A DNA stretch of 64,000 bases, from NCBI RefSeq assembly GCF_018350175.1, contig NC_058368.1, positions 161,946,001-162,010,000 on the forward strand. The letters are read 5' to 3'. Source of the DNA: Felis catus. Taxonomy: Eukaryota. The position numbers and the translations under genes were made by a program. Shown in pieces: positions 48,508 through 62,605 of the stretch. Below the pieces are notes generated by a model. That model did not search any database and was not told the origin of the DNA. It saw only the letters and a program-made list of their open reading frames with translations. Each line of letters starts with the position of its first letter. Within the stretch, counting starts at the first letter, position 1.

Positions 48508-50504
48508 TCTACACATTCATCATTTATAGCACTATGGAGATTGTGCATAGTAGGGCTTTAGTAATGAAATAATAAAAGGTTGATTATTTGGTTAAATAAG
48601 TAATCATTTAAGGAATATTATAATTAAAAATTTGTTAATTATTTCAATAACATCCTTGGGAAAATTTAATGCATTAAATAATCTTTTCAGTAAAAATTCA
48701 TGTTTAATGTTTATACAATTTAGAGATAAAATGATTATACCATAGAATAATTTTTTTATGCTATCCTCAGCACTCTTATGACTATTAAAGGATTGTTTGC
48801 ATTAATGAGAATTCCTAAAGCAATTTGGAAATAAACACTTAAATAGCAACTTGCTTTCTTTAAACATGACGGAGAGGCAAATATAACATCTGTTGCCTTT
48901 AAAGACATGCTTGAAGTTTCTGTATCATTAAAATGGTACAATATTCCTTATTAGGCATACTACTTCTTGAAAAAAATAGCATAAGTGATAATTTGGAGAC
49001 CTATATATGAGATGGAATTCTTTGTTGATTTAGTTGTTAGATATACCTAGCAGGACAATAAGGATAATGTTAAAAATGAACATAATGAATATATAAAAGA
49101 TGAGACAATGAGGAGTAAACAAAAGTATTAATTTAATCTCCAGTATTGATAAAATGTTCAACAATCCAGAACTTATACTACTCTTGTTATTTTGTGTTGG
49201 AAATGATTGCAGGGCAGTCAATTTTATTTAATGTTTGCACTATTCTGTATATTTGAATACAAAAGTTGCAGGATAAAAAATAACCAGTATTATAGCAGAA
49301 TGCAAAGACAGTTGGGCACACAATAGCGTATACCTGGTTAACAAAGTGGATTAAAATTACATATTTCTATGTAAAATGTTGTATTCTAAAATATTTTGTA
49401 TGTTAAAATGCATATGAAATTATTTTCCCCATTATAAATATATACAAATAACGTATGTAATATTCTGATTAAAATATTTCCTTTCCACCTTTTAGAGGTA
49501 TGGCTATATATAATATCACACACTATACTATGATGTATAGACTCTCAAAGCAATAAATTCAGTATGACCAATGCAGATTTATAATCTTAGTGAAGACAAT
49601 AGAGTAGCAGAAAAAGCCATCTTTTGTACTAAGCAAATACATTAATGTGTTTGTATAAGTTATGTGGTAATAGGGATAAAAAAAATCATCTAAATTTATT
49701 AGTGAAAAGACTGGAAAAATAGAGCTTTGAAAGTTCAAAGGAGAAATCAAGGTGACTATCACAAGCAGTTCAATTTTAACACATAAGCTCAATGATATTC
49801 AGAAAGAATTAGAAAGAAAAGGAATTCAAAGGTCTCATAAGCATAAAAAAGTCAAAGAAGGTCAGTCTGGAAACAGCTGCTGGAGGGGATCAGAGAGATA
49901 AAATTTAAACCTCGTAATTACTGTTAGAAAATTAAGGGAATAAAAATGGCCACCTTCAAATCAAAAACTTTCAAAGTGGCAGAGGAGATTACTGAGAAAT
50001 AGCAATAAAATCCATCTAGATATAGCAACCAGAATTTATATTTAAAGATGCTTAAGAGAAAAAAGAGCATTGATCAATACACTATCAGTAAAGTCCCTAG
50101 AAATCATTCAAAGTAGTCAATGACGGTAAGCAGGAAAAAAGATTTTTTTCCTGAGTCATGGAGAATTAAAAACCTTGAGAAAAAGGAATAAAATTCCAAA
50201 TTTGACATATTTCAAGACCCAGGCTGAAGATAAGCTCCTGAATGGTAGTTAGCAGATCCAATTGAGGCCAGCTCTGATTCTGTGGACAAATGGTCCAGTG
50301 ACCAAGTCAACATGAACTTTTAATTTATGTGGTTCTTCAAGATAGCAATTTGTATTTACTCTAAATAAGCAACTATAGAATCTACGGATCAGTGAGAATT
50401 TTTTTCTACTTTCGGACTAAATTCCTCCAGAAAATAACCATTTCCATAGGAGCTTATTTATACTTACTAAAAAAGTTCCTTAAGTTGTGTGAATCCATTT
50501 TGAC

Positions 50505-51075
50505 AGAAATTATTGAGTAAGTAAATGAGGGAGAACAGAGGGATTGCCTAGGGCAGAAGAATTCTGAATAATTTACAGAGATATTCTGTATTCAAGGAGG
50601 TAGAGCATAACTCCCCATCCTTGGAATATAGACTGTGACTAGTGACTTCCTTCCAAAGAATACAGTGTGGAATGGGGAAAAGAGTAATTTTACAGTGTAA
50701 AAACCTTATAAATAATAATTCAGAGAATCTAGGTCAACATCATCAGTGGTAAATTATGTTGATAGTGAATAACCTTGATAAAATGTGATAAGAATGGCAT
50801 TTTACCTTTTGTGTTCTTCCAAGAAACCATAATTATGGTTTAATCATGAGGAAAACATCAGGCAAATTGCAACTGAGGGACATGCTATAAAATCCATGAT
50901 CAGTATTCTTCCTTAGGTTGTCAAGAACCTCCGAAAGAAAAGTATGAGAAAGTGTCACAACCAGGAGGAGCCTCAGGACATGTGACAGGTAAATGTAATG
51001 TGCTGTCCTGGACGGTGTGGTAGAATAGAAAAAGGATGTGAGGTAAAAACTAAGGAAATCTGAAAAAGGAATGGA
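50505..51075 (+). mobile_element. Old L1 (L1MC/MD-like) 3' UTR
   Basis: TCAAGGAGGTAGAGCATAACTCCCC...AGTGACTTCCTTCCAAAGA...AATGTAATGTGCTGTCCTGGA...AGGTAAAAACTAAGGAAATCTGAA. Confidence 0.8.
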
Positions 51076-52701
51076 TGACAGGAAATTAAAAACAAAAAAC
51101 CTTGTTAGGATGGTATTTAAAATTGCATAAGAGGCCTTAAACATTTTTAAAAACTATTCACATGGAATTACCATTTACGAGTCTTAAAATTAGGCTCTTG
51201 TCAAAAGGGGACATTGAGGTGGAGCTGCACAGCCATTTCTGATTTTACAATTATTTGTACAGTTTCAGTTATTTGCTAATATAATAATAAAGCATATCAA
51301 TAGAATGTTAACTCTTTGGAAACAGATTTAAAAATTGAGAGGCCAAAGTACAGTGAATTATAAGCATAAAAATTTTATCACTTGGGATTCTCAGAATGAT
51401 TTAAACAACATCAAATACTAATTCACAAAAAAAGCAGTAAATGTATATTTTTGTTAATCTTAATACTGAATGAAAATGTTTGATATTTTTATATACACTG
51501 TTTTTAATAGAATAACTTCCAAAAACAATTCAAGCTACACACACAAACACACACACATGCATGCAAATAGGTACTATTTTGATTTATGTACACATAAAAG
51601 TATTGATTTGCAATTTTAAAAACATTGCATTAACCAACAGCTACTTATAGCAAAACCATGCTACTATGGAAAGTATGTTTTATCCTTACGTTTGATGGTG
51701 TGCTTCTGTGATAGACTATTTGAGTTTACTATCCAATATAGTACTTGAGGTACTAAGGTGTTAGTATGTATCAGTAATAGTATTTAAAATGATAGAAGAC
51801 AGAATTAGAATGTCCATTCTAAAAGAAAAATTGATAAAAGATCAAATGATTTTCCTTTATAAACTTAACTAGTAGAGAACAATTACTGCATAAGACAAAA
51901 TAAAATCTCGGGAAAGGTGCTAGGACAGACACCTATAAACCCTTTAAAACTGAAAATTAGAAATGCCTTACAGATACAAAAAAGAGGGAAAAAATATCAA
52001 TGAGAATTTCAATTAGTTTTGAAAGAAAACTCCATTCAATTATTGTAAAAGCAACTGATCAACAACTTTAAAATTATTTATGAGCACGGCGGATTAGATA
52101 TATTGTATACTACAAGTATTGGATAAGAAATAATTCCTTCCTTGCCAAGCCAAAATCACCCTTCAAATGATTTATTGTAATAGCCTTCCAAATGGCCTCC
52201 CTACTTCCATGTTTGCCTTCTTAGAATCTGTTTTCAGTACAGGGGCCAGAGCAATCTTATTAAAATATTTGGTCGTTTTGCGTTCGTACTCAAAACCATG
52301 TGATGGCTACTTGTTTCTCTCAGAATGGAGGCCAAAATTCCTACAAAAGTCTAGAAGGCCTATTGAGCACTAGTGTCCTAAATTTGCTCTGTGAGGACTA
52401 CTCTCCCTTACAATACTACCCTCCATCTCTCTCCTTTGGCTTCTTGCATATTGAACATCATACTTGAATCTACTTGGTATGCTCCTGAGGGTCATTTTGG
52501 AGTTGTTTTTTTCTGCATAGAACAAACTTTATCCATATGTCTAAATAACCCTTTTCACCTCCTTTAAGTCCTCAAATACTACCTTCAGAATGAAATCTAT
52601 GCTCACCTTGTTAATTTTGCAACTCCAACTCACCACCTTGTATTCTCAATCCTCTTTATATTGATCTGTCTTTTCCATGGCACTTAACATCTTTTACTAT
52701 T

Positions 52702-52925
52702 GGGTATCCGGGTGGCTCAGTTGGTTAAACATTCCACTCGTGATTTCCGCTTGGGTCATGATCTCAAGGTTCATGAGCTTGAGCCCCACATCAGACTTTG
52801 CACTGATAGTGTGGAGTCTGCTTGGGATTCTCTCTCTTTCCCTCTCTTCATGCCTCTCCCCCACTTATGTGGTCTCTACCTCTCTCTATCTCTAAAAAAA
52901 AAAACTTTGAAAAAAGAAAGCTAAA
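52702..52925 (+). mobile_element. Can-SINE
   Basis: GGGTATCCGGGTGGCTCAGTTGGTTAA head. Confidence 0.9.
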
Positions 52926-52938
52926 AAAATAATTTAAC

Positions 52939-53140
52939 GGAGCACCGGGGTGGCTCAGTCGGTTGAGCGTCCAACTTCTGCTTAGGTCATAATCTCGTGG
53001 TTGACGATTTTGGGCCCACGTCAGGCTCTGTGCCTGGAGCCTGCTTCAGATTCTGTGTCTCCCTCTCTCTCTCTCTCTGCCCCTCCCCTGCACATGCTCT
53101 GTCTCTCCCTCTCAAAAATAAATATTTTTAAATTAAAAAT
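52939..53140 (+). mobile_element. Feline Can-SINE, directly after the tail of the preceding SINE
   Basis: GGAGCACCGGGGTGGCTCAGTCGGTTGAGCGTCC head. Confidence 0.9.
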
Positions 53141-54539
53141 TTAGCATATTACTCAATTTGTTATGCTAGTATTTTTATTTGTATTCTACTTCTAGAATAT
53201 ATGCTTTATGAGAGCAGAATTTTGGTCTTTTCAGTCCATTGAAACATATCCAGGATCTCACACAGAACAGATGTTCAATAAACACGTGTTGGATGAATAA
53301 ATGACGATATTTTTTTCCCTGTGGTTCTTTTCAATTATTTTTGTTCATAGATTTAAAATCAGAGTTACTGAACCCTGGAAGGAAAGCTGAAGGAAGTAAA
53401 TTCACAAGGTAAAAAATGGATCTGAAATGCTGTTGAAATGATGAGTGACTTAGTTACCCAAAAAGAACAGGGAAGCTTTATAATGAGGATAAGCTTATGT
53501 TATTTGTACCACTCAAAGCAAGGGAGGTATCTTTCATGATTTCCATTCCATCTACCTGAATTGTGAGTATGTAGAGAAAAGCAGTTAAGAGGATTTTTTC
53601 TGTAGTCCTACTTCTTGGAATTCCTGCTTCTTCACTTTGAGAACAATGTGAACAAGATATTTTACTTGTTATTTTGTTTGAGTTCCTCCATGTGGAGAAT
53701 GGAAATGGTAATCATGTTAATCTCCTATACTTTATTAGGTTTTATAAAATCTCTATAGTGACTCCAACAGTGCCTTGTTTTTGTCAGACTTCGCTATTAT
53801 TCTAGAATTAATTCATAAAAAGAAGTGGAATAATTTCCTCCATTTGCTGTGGTTGCGCCATTATCTTTTGACTAACTGACATTCATCCTACATAGTTTTC
53901 TTAAGTAGAGATTAGGAAAAGTATGCTCTTTATTTCAAGACTGTTGTCCATGGCAATTCTTGAAAGTTACTTTAGCTGAATATAAAATATAATTCTTGCT
54001 TTGTCCTGTCTTTTCTTGCAATGAATTTGTGGATATGCTGCAATAATTGAATGGTTATGTTGAGAATTCTGAGACACAGCTAGTGTCTTAATTATTTTTA
54101 ATGTTTACATTTGAAATTCTAAAACATAATAAGTTATGCCACAGTGTTGACTTTTAGATAGTACATACAATTTTTCTTGTCACACAGTATGATTTTTCCG
54201 ACAAGTCGAACAAGTGGTCTTTTTATTGCAGAGGAGTCCTCTCTTTCATATTTGGTTACATCAATGTTTTGGTTTTCTTTTGGAGGGCTCAGAAATTATA
54301 TGTATATATTACATTTTCTTTAGGGTCATTGGATTTTTAAATATTTTTAACCTACAGTTGATTTGTATTGAATGCTATTTGATTCCCTACTATGTTTTCT
54401 CTGAACTAACAACAATATAGGATAGAAACATTAATGAATCAATACAAGGAAGTATTAGAAATATATTTAAAGGGATCCCAGTAATCATGTTTCTTGGATG
54501 ATTATTTTTTAGATAATAAAAATCACTATATTAAAATTA

Positions 54540-55670
54540 ATGTTGATTCAAAATATTTAAAGCAAAACTTACCAGAATTGAAGGGAGGAAAAAGGGAAAA
54601 TACACAATATAGGATATTTTAGCCCTTTTTCAAAAAGTAATAAACAGGAAAAAGCAGATAATGAGTACTTGCAAGTAGCAGATAATACGTTTTTTTCAAG
54701 CTCACATAAAATATTTAACAATTAGTAACTATTTTGGTGTAAACAACAGAATTTTAAAATTAGAAATAGGAATCAATGACAATAAGAAATCAAATAACAA
54801 AATGTATGCAAATACTTGAATGTAAAACAGAAGCCTGTAAAAATGATTCAAGGAGGAAATCTCAAAGGAAATTAGAAAATATGTTACTGGTAGATAATAC
54901 ATGACAAAAGCATATGGGACACAACTAAGACAATTAAGGAAGTATTTAGCTCTAAATACATATTAGATAGGAAGAAAGGCTATCAGTCTTTGACAGATAA
55001 AATATTTCACTTACGTGGAATTTCAGAAACACCACAGATAAACATAGGGGAAAGTTAGGAAAGATATGATAAAAACAGAGGGAGGCAAACCATAAGAAAC
55101 TCTTAAATACAGAGAACAGAGTTGGTGGAGAGGAGGTGGGTGGGGGGATGGGTTAAATGGGGGATGGGCAGTAAGGGGGGCACTTGTTGGGATAAACACT
55201 GGGTGTCATATGTAAGAGGTGAATCACTAGGTTCTACTCCTGAAGCCAAGATTATGCTGTATGTTAACTAATTTTGAATTAAAAAAGAAAGGTTAAAAAT
55301 AAAGCATGAAAGTATATAAATGAACAAAAAATCAATTAAAAAGGGGAATAATAACAGATCAATAAAAAGCAAAACATATGTGCAATAGATAAAACTCACC
55401 AAAGGTTAAAGTTAAATCTTTGGAAATATTTATAAAATTGGTAAACTCCTAGCAAGACTGATCAAGAAGAAGGAAAACACAAATTTCTAACATTAATAAT
55501 GAATAAAAAGGATTTCACTACAAATCATACATGCCTGAAAACAATAATAGAATAATATAATCCGAACTATGTGCTAGTAAATTTGCTAACTTAGATGAAA
55601 TGGGGACATTCCTTGAAAACTACAATGTACCAAAACGAACAACAGAAAATTTGTGTATTATAGTCATTAA
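54540..55670 (+). mobile_element. Old L1 ORF2 (EN/linker) fragments containing a short carnivore L1 3' end at about 54985-55284
   Basis: AAACTCCTAGCAAGACTGATCAAGAA, AACTTAGATGAAATGG...TTCCTTGAAA; insert resembles the 3'UTR at 10330-10615 and is flanked by AAGAAAGG(C/T)TA. Confidence 0.75.
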
Positions 55671-55699
55671 AGATTTTTTGTTACTTCCATTTTTGTTAC

Positions 55700-56780
55700 T
55701 TTTTCAGTTTTATTTTTGTATAATTTAGGTAGAATAAACTACACTACTACTACTATACCTCTTTAAAGTATAAAATTGAGTGAGCTTTGAGAGACCTATA
55801 TACCCATAGATCCCTTGGCAGAATCAAGATAAGAACAAGGCCAACAACCACAAAAGTTACTCAAGCCCCTTTGCAGTCCATTTCCTCTCCTCCTGACCCA
55901 AAGGAAGAAATGATCTCATTTTTGTCACAACAGGTGAATTTTATTTTCTAGAAGTTAGATAACTATTTTATATATTCTTCTTGTCTGGATTATTTCACTG
56001 TGCATAATGTGTTTTAGAGTCATCTATTCTATCAGTAGTTTGTTGCTTTTTTTGCTGAATGGTATTCAACTGGGGTATACATCACGTAGTCTTTTTGTCT
56101 CTATAGTTGGTCATTTGTTTTTTTATAGTTCAGTGCTATTATGAACAAAGCCACTAACAGTAATTGTGTATGAGTCATTTTCTGAAACGTGTCCCTGTTG
56201 TGGTTACAAACACTTAAGAAAGGAATGGCTGGTATGGTAGATGGAAATTTCTTTTTAAAATTCTGCCTAGTTTTCAAAGTGGTCAATATTTGCATTAACA
56301 CTAGCAAGATCTGAGGATTCTATGTGCATTACATCACCAACTGTTAATGTGTTAGCCTATTAAATTTTATTAATTATAGGGAGCTTGTAGTGATACCTCG
56401 TTGTAGTTTTAATTTTCATTTCCTTGATGACAACTGATATGAGCATCTTTGTGCTTATTGGTCAATTGTACATCTTATTTGGTAATATTTGTTCAAATCC
56501 TTTGTACGTTTTTAAATCAGGCTCTTCATCTTCTTTTAAGAAAAATTTTTAAAAAACGTTTATTTCTTTTTGAGAAAGAGAGGAGGGGTTGTAGGGCAGA
56601 GAGAAAGGGGGAAAGAGGATCCAAAGTAGGTTCTGTGCTGACAGCAGAGAGGGCTGTTTAACTTCTTAATGAGTTGTAAGAGTTTTTATATTCTGAACCG
56701 TAGTCCTCTGACAAAATACTCCTCTTGCAGTGTTTTTCCTATTCCTTTGTTTGCCTTTTCATTTTATTAAACTTTAAAAA
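55700..56780 (-). mobile_element. Old L1 3' end and ORF2 C-terminus, with a SINE fragment at about 56545-56655
   Basis: GTAGTGATACCTCGTTGTAGTTTTAATTTTCATTTCCTTGATGAC...GAGCATCTTT is antisense L1 ORF2. Confidence 0.75.
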
Positions 56781-57179
56781 CAAAGTCCATAGGTCATAAG
56801 TAACATAAATCCCTATCAATGATAATCAGAGCAATAGTGTAGTTACTTATTTTGGTAGAGTATAGTAAGATACTTTTAAAATAGGCATTTCTACTTATAA
56901 AGACTAAATGTTATTTTAATCAAATGTTTCTATCACCAGAAAATCAAGTGTCCAGAGAAACCTCGAGTTGCTGAGATAAGAAAAAAAAATATGTGTAATG
57001 TCTGCATCCGTGGAATGATAGGAAGGCAGATGGTGATTGAGTAGTCACTCAATACGTGAAAAGAATATCCTAATAACAGAACTGTCCAAACACTAAGGCT
57101 TTTAAAATAATAAAATTCACTCATCACATGTAAACATTAAAAAAAAAACTTCTAAAATATAGAAAACCTTTTCCAAAAC

Positions 57180-57395
57180 AAAATTTTTTGAGAACAGTAG
57201 CCTATATATTTTGCCTGGCTTCCTAAAGGACAGCAGTACTCTCCTAAGATTTTAAATTTATATCTGTTGCAATATATCGTTCCAATTGAAACACACAATA
57301 AAAATCCAGCTTGACTCAGATATGTAGTTGGAAAGAAAAAGTGGTTTAATACATTTTTCAGATAATTGTGGATAATCTTATTTGATACTACACTG
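57180..57395. mobile_element. hAT-Charlie (Charlie1-like) DNA transposon fragment
   Basis: CAGATATGTAGTTGGAAAG...TTTTCAGATAATTGTGGATA...TTTGATACTACAC matches my recall of Charlie1. Confidence 0.65.
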
Positions 57396-59759
57396 GCATT
57401 TTAGGTGCAATATGGTGCCTGTTGTGGTAATAATTAACTCTGAGGAAAAAATGGAGGCAAATGGAAAAAGAAGAATGGCAGAGGAGAAGTAAAGAAGAAA
57501 AAGGAGAAGTAAATTCAAGGAAGACCTTGCATTTATCTGTAGTATTCTGTATATTTTACTTTAAAAGTCTAGAGAATACCTGGAAAAAAATGCTAACGGA
57601 TAATACTTTGATGATGTCTCAAATATTGTCTATTTTAAATTTTCTCAAAATAATGTTTTGAAGTATGGCATTGGTATATGGCATTGGTAAACTAATAATT
57701 ACCATTTTGGAGATAAATTCCCTGAAGTTTAAAACAATCTAAATGTGTAAACAATTTTGACAATTTACTGAAAGAGCCAAGTCTGTTTTTTTTTTCTATA
57801 GTAATATGGACGTTGGTTAAAATGAATTAAAATAAATTAAACTGAATTCTAATGTAACAAAAACCCAGCTAAGTATGATAACATTAACAAAATAAGTTTT
57901 TCTAAATACAAAGACACAAATAGAGATAAATGTCAAATACTTAAAAATTACAAATGTGAAAAAAAAACTAAAGATAAGGCTTTGCTTGGGATGATATTCT
58001 ACTCAAGGGCAACTGATAAAATTAAGTTTTAACACCACCTAGGAAACTAGCCTGCAGGAAGAACATGACTGGCTGCAATGAAGTGACTGATTGGATGTGT
58101 GACTTGGATGACCCATCGAGTGCTTCTAATAGCTTGTGTAGTAACTGGAAAAAATCATTATGATTATGAGTCCTTATTTTTACTGGCATAAGTGGACCAT
58201 TGTCACATCTAAATAATAAATTAATCATACAATGCTGTATCAATACCTAATGTACCCTGGAACTACAATTTCTTTTACTCTTTCCCATTTAACAAAACAG
58301 AAGAAAAGGTTTGTAGGCTAGTTTGTTCAAGTTCATATACATACTTCAATAGACCAGAGCAAGATCGACAAGTACAAGTGAACACTCTTTCCACAAGCTC
58401 CCCCTTGCTGCCATTTATTCTTTATCCCCATGAGCAGCACAGTTGGATCTGTGATTCTTCCATGGAACTTCTGTACAGTGCTGCCGAGAGAACACTCACC
58501 CAATCCATAGGCAAGACATCTTTCGAAATGGTTAGTTTTGGTATCTCTCTTCTTGGTGTTAATTGACTAGCAGAAAGATTTGGGGCATTTACTTATTTTG
58601 GTGGAGTATTTAAGTGAACACTTCAATCAACACTGTCAATGAGATCTTACTTGTGTTAATGTTTTATGCTTTGCAAGTACTTTTACCCACATTTTTCATT
58701 TGCTTTTTATCACATCCTTGCAGAATGAGGGGAGGAATTTATTTAAAATAGAGTAAGAGTAAGACGTTTAGAGACTTGGTTGGCTCTCAAGGAAATAGAA
58801 GTAGAGCTTGAAACCAGTTATTTTGACTCCTCTCTGAATACTCTTTCCATATTCTTTGTTTCCCATAACATGTAATGCTAGGGGCACTTGAAATAGTTCT
58901 TGAAAATAATCTCAGTGAATGTTGTTCTAAACCATCATTTGCAAACAAACACATTACTCAATTTCTTTTAACAGTCACATATGTATTAAATCATAATTTA
59001 TAAATCTTTATATGAAACTTTTCCTGGTAAGCCTACTGTGTGATTTTTTTTTCTTGATTAGACCAAGACTGCTAGAGCTCTCACTTCATAGAGCTCAACA
59101 CCCATAGAGCTCAACGTTTAAGTGAAACTTGCCAAATAAGAGTAATCCCTGGCATTTGTTTAAATTGAAGAATACAGTTTTTTTTTCCCCTTATAAATTG
59201 ATAGCATTTTTGGTCTCCTTTGCTCCAGGGCTACTATCTACATGCAAAGGCATACTAATGGATTCTCATATCTTTAGAGCAAATATCTTGTCTGATCTTG
59301 GCATCTATCTAAAGTTAGGCATCAATTTAATTGTATCCTTAAAAGAAAATATAAATTCTTCCTTTTCCATCTTTCTATCTCCACAGGAAGTACCCATCAA
59401 GTATTTGTGGGAAGAATACATAGTGGACCATGGGACTGTGTTGTCTACTTGAATTCATCTTCTAATGGCCATGAAAAAATGATCAAAATTGCAGGAAAAA
59501 AGTTGGAGATTCTTATAAATTACTTCATTTTCCTAATAATTGAACATATTAATGAAGTCAAAAGAAAGTAAAAATGCCCCTGTATATTTTTCGAAAGTAC
59601 ATGTCTTTTTTGTTAGAAAAAGAAAGGCTTTTTTTTCCCAGTCCCAAAACTACATACACAAACTTAGAGTGCCTAGAAGAAAATTGCAGCTGAATTCCAA
59701 TGTGTTTGAAAAATGTATGTGTTCAGTTACTTCTTGTGATTTTATGTGCTTATTGACTA

Positions 59760-61116
59760 ATTTTTTTTAATTTTTATTTAAATTTTAGTTAAACCATATA
59801 GTATAATACTGGCTTCAGGAGTAGAATTTAGTGATTCATCACTTATGTACAATACCCAGTGTTCAACACAAGTGCCCTTCTTAATGCCCCTCATACATCT
59901 AGCCCAACCTCCCCCCACATTTCTGTACTTAAGAGTCTTTATGGTTTGCTTCCCTGTCTTTTTTGTTTCCCTTCCCCTATGTTCATCTGTTTTGTTTTTT
60001 GAATTCTATGTGAGTGAAATCATTTGGTATTTGTCTCTGACTTATTTAGCCTAGCATAATATTCTCCTGCTCCATTCACATTGTTGCAAATAGGAAGATT
60101 TTGTTATTTTTGATGGATGAGTAATATTCCGCTGTGTATGTATGTATGTGTGGGTACATATATATATGGTACATCTTGTGTATCCATTCATCAGTTGATA
60201 GATATTTGAGCTCTTTCATAGTTTGGCTATTGTTGATAATGCTGCTATAAACATTGCAATGCATGTTCCCCTTTCAGTCAGTATTTTTGTATTCTTTGGG
60301 TAAATACATAGTAGTGTAATTGCTAGGTTGTAGGGTAGTTCTATTTTTACCTTTCTGAGGACCCTCCATAATGTTTTCCACAGTGGCTGCACCAGTTTTT
60401 ATTCCCACCAACAGTATAAGAAGATTCCCTTTCTCTACATCCTCACCAACATTTACTGTTTCCTGCGTTATTTGTAGTCAGTTTGATAGGTGTGTGGTGG
60501 AGTTATGAGTGTGATGTTAGCATCTTTTCACTTGTCTGTTGGCCATTGGGATGTCTTCCTTGGAAAAGTGTCTTTTCATGTCTTCTGCCCATTTCTTAAC
60601 TATTTGTCTTTTGGGTGTTGAGTTTGGTAAGTTCTTTATGGATTTTGGATACTAACCTTTTATTGGAAATGTCATTTGCAAATATCTTCTCCCATTCCAT
60701 GCCTACCTTTTAGTTTTGTTGTTTCCTTCACTGTGAAGAAGCTTTTTATCTTGGTGAAATCCCAATAATTCATTTCTGCTTTTGTTTCCTTTACCTCCTA
60801 AGGTATACTACGTATCTAGCAAGAAGTTGCCATGGCCAAGCTCAAAGAGGTTGATGCCTGTGTTGTTCTCTAGGATTTTGATGGTTTCCAATTTCATATT
60901 TAAGTCTTTCATCAATTTTGAATTTACTTTTGTGTATGCTGTAAGGAAGTGGTGCAGATTCATTCTGCATGTGGCTTTCCAGTTTTCCCAACACCATTTG
61001 TTTAAGAGACCGTCCTTTTTCCTTTGGATATTGTTTCCTGCTTTGTTAAAGATGAGTTGATCATATAGTTGTGAGTCCATTTCTGGGTTTTCTATTCTGT
61101 TTCATTGATCTGAGTA

Positions 61117-61152
<36 letters not shown>

Positions 61153-61688
61153 GCTAGTACCATATAGTCTTGATGACTACAGCTTTGTAACATAGCTTGA
61201 AGAAGTCTGGAATTGTGATGCCCCCAGGTCTGCTTTTGTTTTCTCAAGATTGCCTTGACTGTTCAGGGTCTTTTGTGGTTCCATACAAATTTTATGATTC
61301 TTTGTTTTATCTCTGTGAAAAATTCTGGTGGTATTTTGGTAAGGGTAGTGTTAAATGTATAGATTGCTTAGGTAGTATAGATATTTTAACAATATTTCTT
61401 CTTCCAATCCATGAGCATGGAATATTTTTCCTTTTCTTTGTGTCATCTTTGATTTCTTTCATTAAGTTTTCTATAGTTTTCAGAATACAGATCTTATATT
61501 TCTTTGATTAGGTTTATTCCTAGGTATATCTTGGTTTTTGATGGATTTGTAAATGGGATCGATTCCTGGATTTCTCTTTCTGCTACTCCACTATTGGTGG
61601 ATAGAAATGCAACAGATTTCTGTAGGTTGATCTTATATCTTGCAAGTTTGCTGAATTCATATATCACTTGCACCAATTTCTTGGTGGA
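59760..61688 (-). mobile_element. 5'-truncated carnivore L1 with TSD
   Basis: Minus ORFs 60808-61080 (DQLIFNKA, NKWCWENW) and 61494-61676; perfect 12-bp TSD GCTTATTGACTA at 59748-59759 and 61689-61700. Confidence 0.95.
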
Positions 61689-61868
61689 GCTTATTGACTA
61701 CATTAAATCAAACCACTTCAAATATTGAGCAAATATACATCTGCCGCACTTATCTGGAATATGTTACTATTTCTGCCCCAAGAATAAAAAGGCTACTGGA
61801 TTCACTGAGTTATTTGAAATTTTTTGAGAGTAAGAGGGCATCAAAACAATTTTAAATTAGTGAATATT

Positions 61869-62071
61869 TGGGGCAGCTGCTTGGCTTAGTCAGTCAGGTG
61901 TCTGACTTTGACTCAGGTCATGATTTCACGGTTCATGGGTTTGAGTCCCACATCAGGCTGTCTGCTGTCAGTACAGAGCCCACTTCAGATCCTCTGTCTC
62001 CTTCTCTCTCTGCCCCTCCTCTGCTTGTGCTCTCTCTCTCAAAAATGAACAAACATCAAAAAATGAATAAA
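61869..62071 (+). mobile_element. Can-SINE
   Basis: Diverged head; CTCAGGTCATGATTTCACGGTTCATGGGTTTGAG; CT body. Confidence 0.88.
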
Positions 62072-62375
62072 TGATTGTATGTTTTCATTACTTACAACGT
62101 TGACTTCATAATTGTCACAGACAATATGTCTCTTTAAAATACTTGTATTAACTAAAAATTTTAAGTGATAAAAACTTAACAATTTCCTAATGCTGCCTTT
62201 TCTTCTTTGTAATTTTTCAGGATGACAATATTGTCACCATTTTAATAAAACCTGCATGCTTAAGATTCCTGTCTGACCCCCATAAGAAATAGCCATATCT
62301 AAATCTGTCTCTCAGCTACTACTCCCATGCTATGTATCCTCAAGATGGGAATCATTAATAGCAATTACTAGTTTA

Positions 62376-62605
62376 GGGGCGCCTGGGTGGCGCAGTCGGT
62401 TAAGCGTCCGACTTCAGCCAGGTCACGATCTCGCGGTCCGTGAGTTCGAGCCCCGCGTCCGGCTCTGGGCTGATGGCTCAGGGCCTGGAGCCTGTTTCTG
62501 ATTCTGTGTCTCCCTCTCTCTCTGCCCCTCCCCCGTTCATGCTCTGTCTCTCTCTGTCCCCAAAATAAATAAACGTTGAAAAAAAAATTAAAAAAAAAAA
62601 AAAGA
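62376..62605 (+). mobile_element. Young feline Can-SINE with TSD
   Basis: CpG-rich and near consensus; TSD AATTACTAGTTT at 62363-62374 and 62606-62617. Confidence 0.96.

Larger units (their letters stand above)
52140..53304 (+). mobile_element. L2 3' end, interrupted by two SINEs
   Basis: TTATTGTAATAGCCTTCCAAATGGCCTCCCT... and terminal TTCAATAAACACGTGTTGGATGAATAAATGA. Confidence 0.75.

Noticed and set aside
62096..62151. Small minus-strand exon ending GTT|gtaagt
   Set aside because: Donor is good but the candidate acceptors lack a convincing polypyrimidine tract
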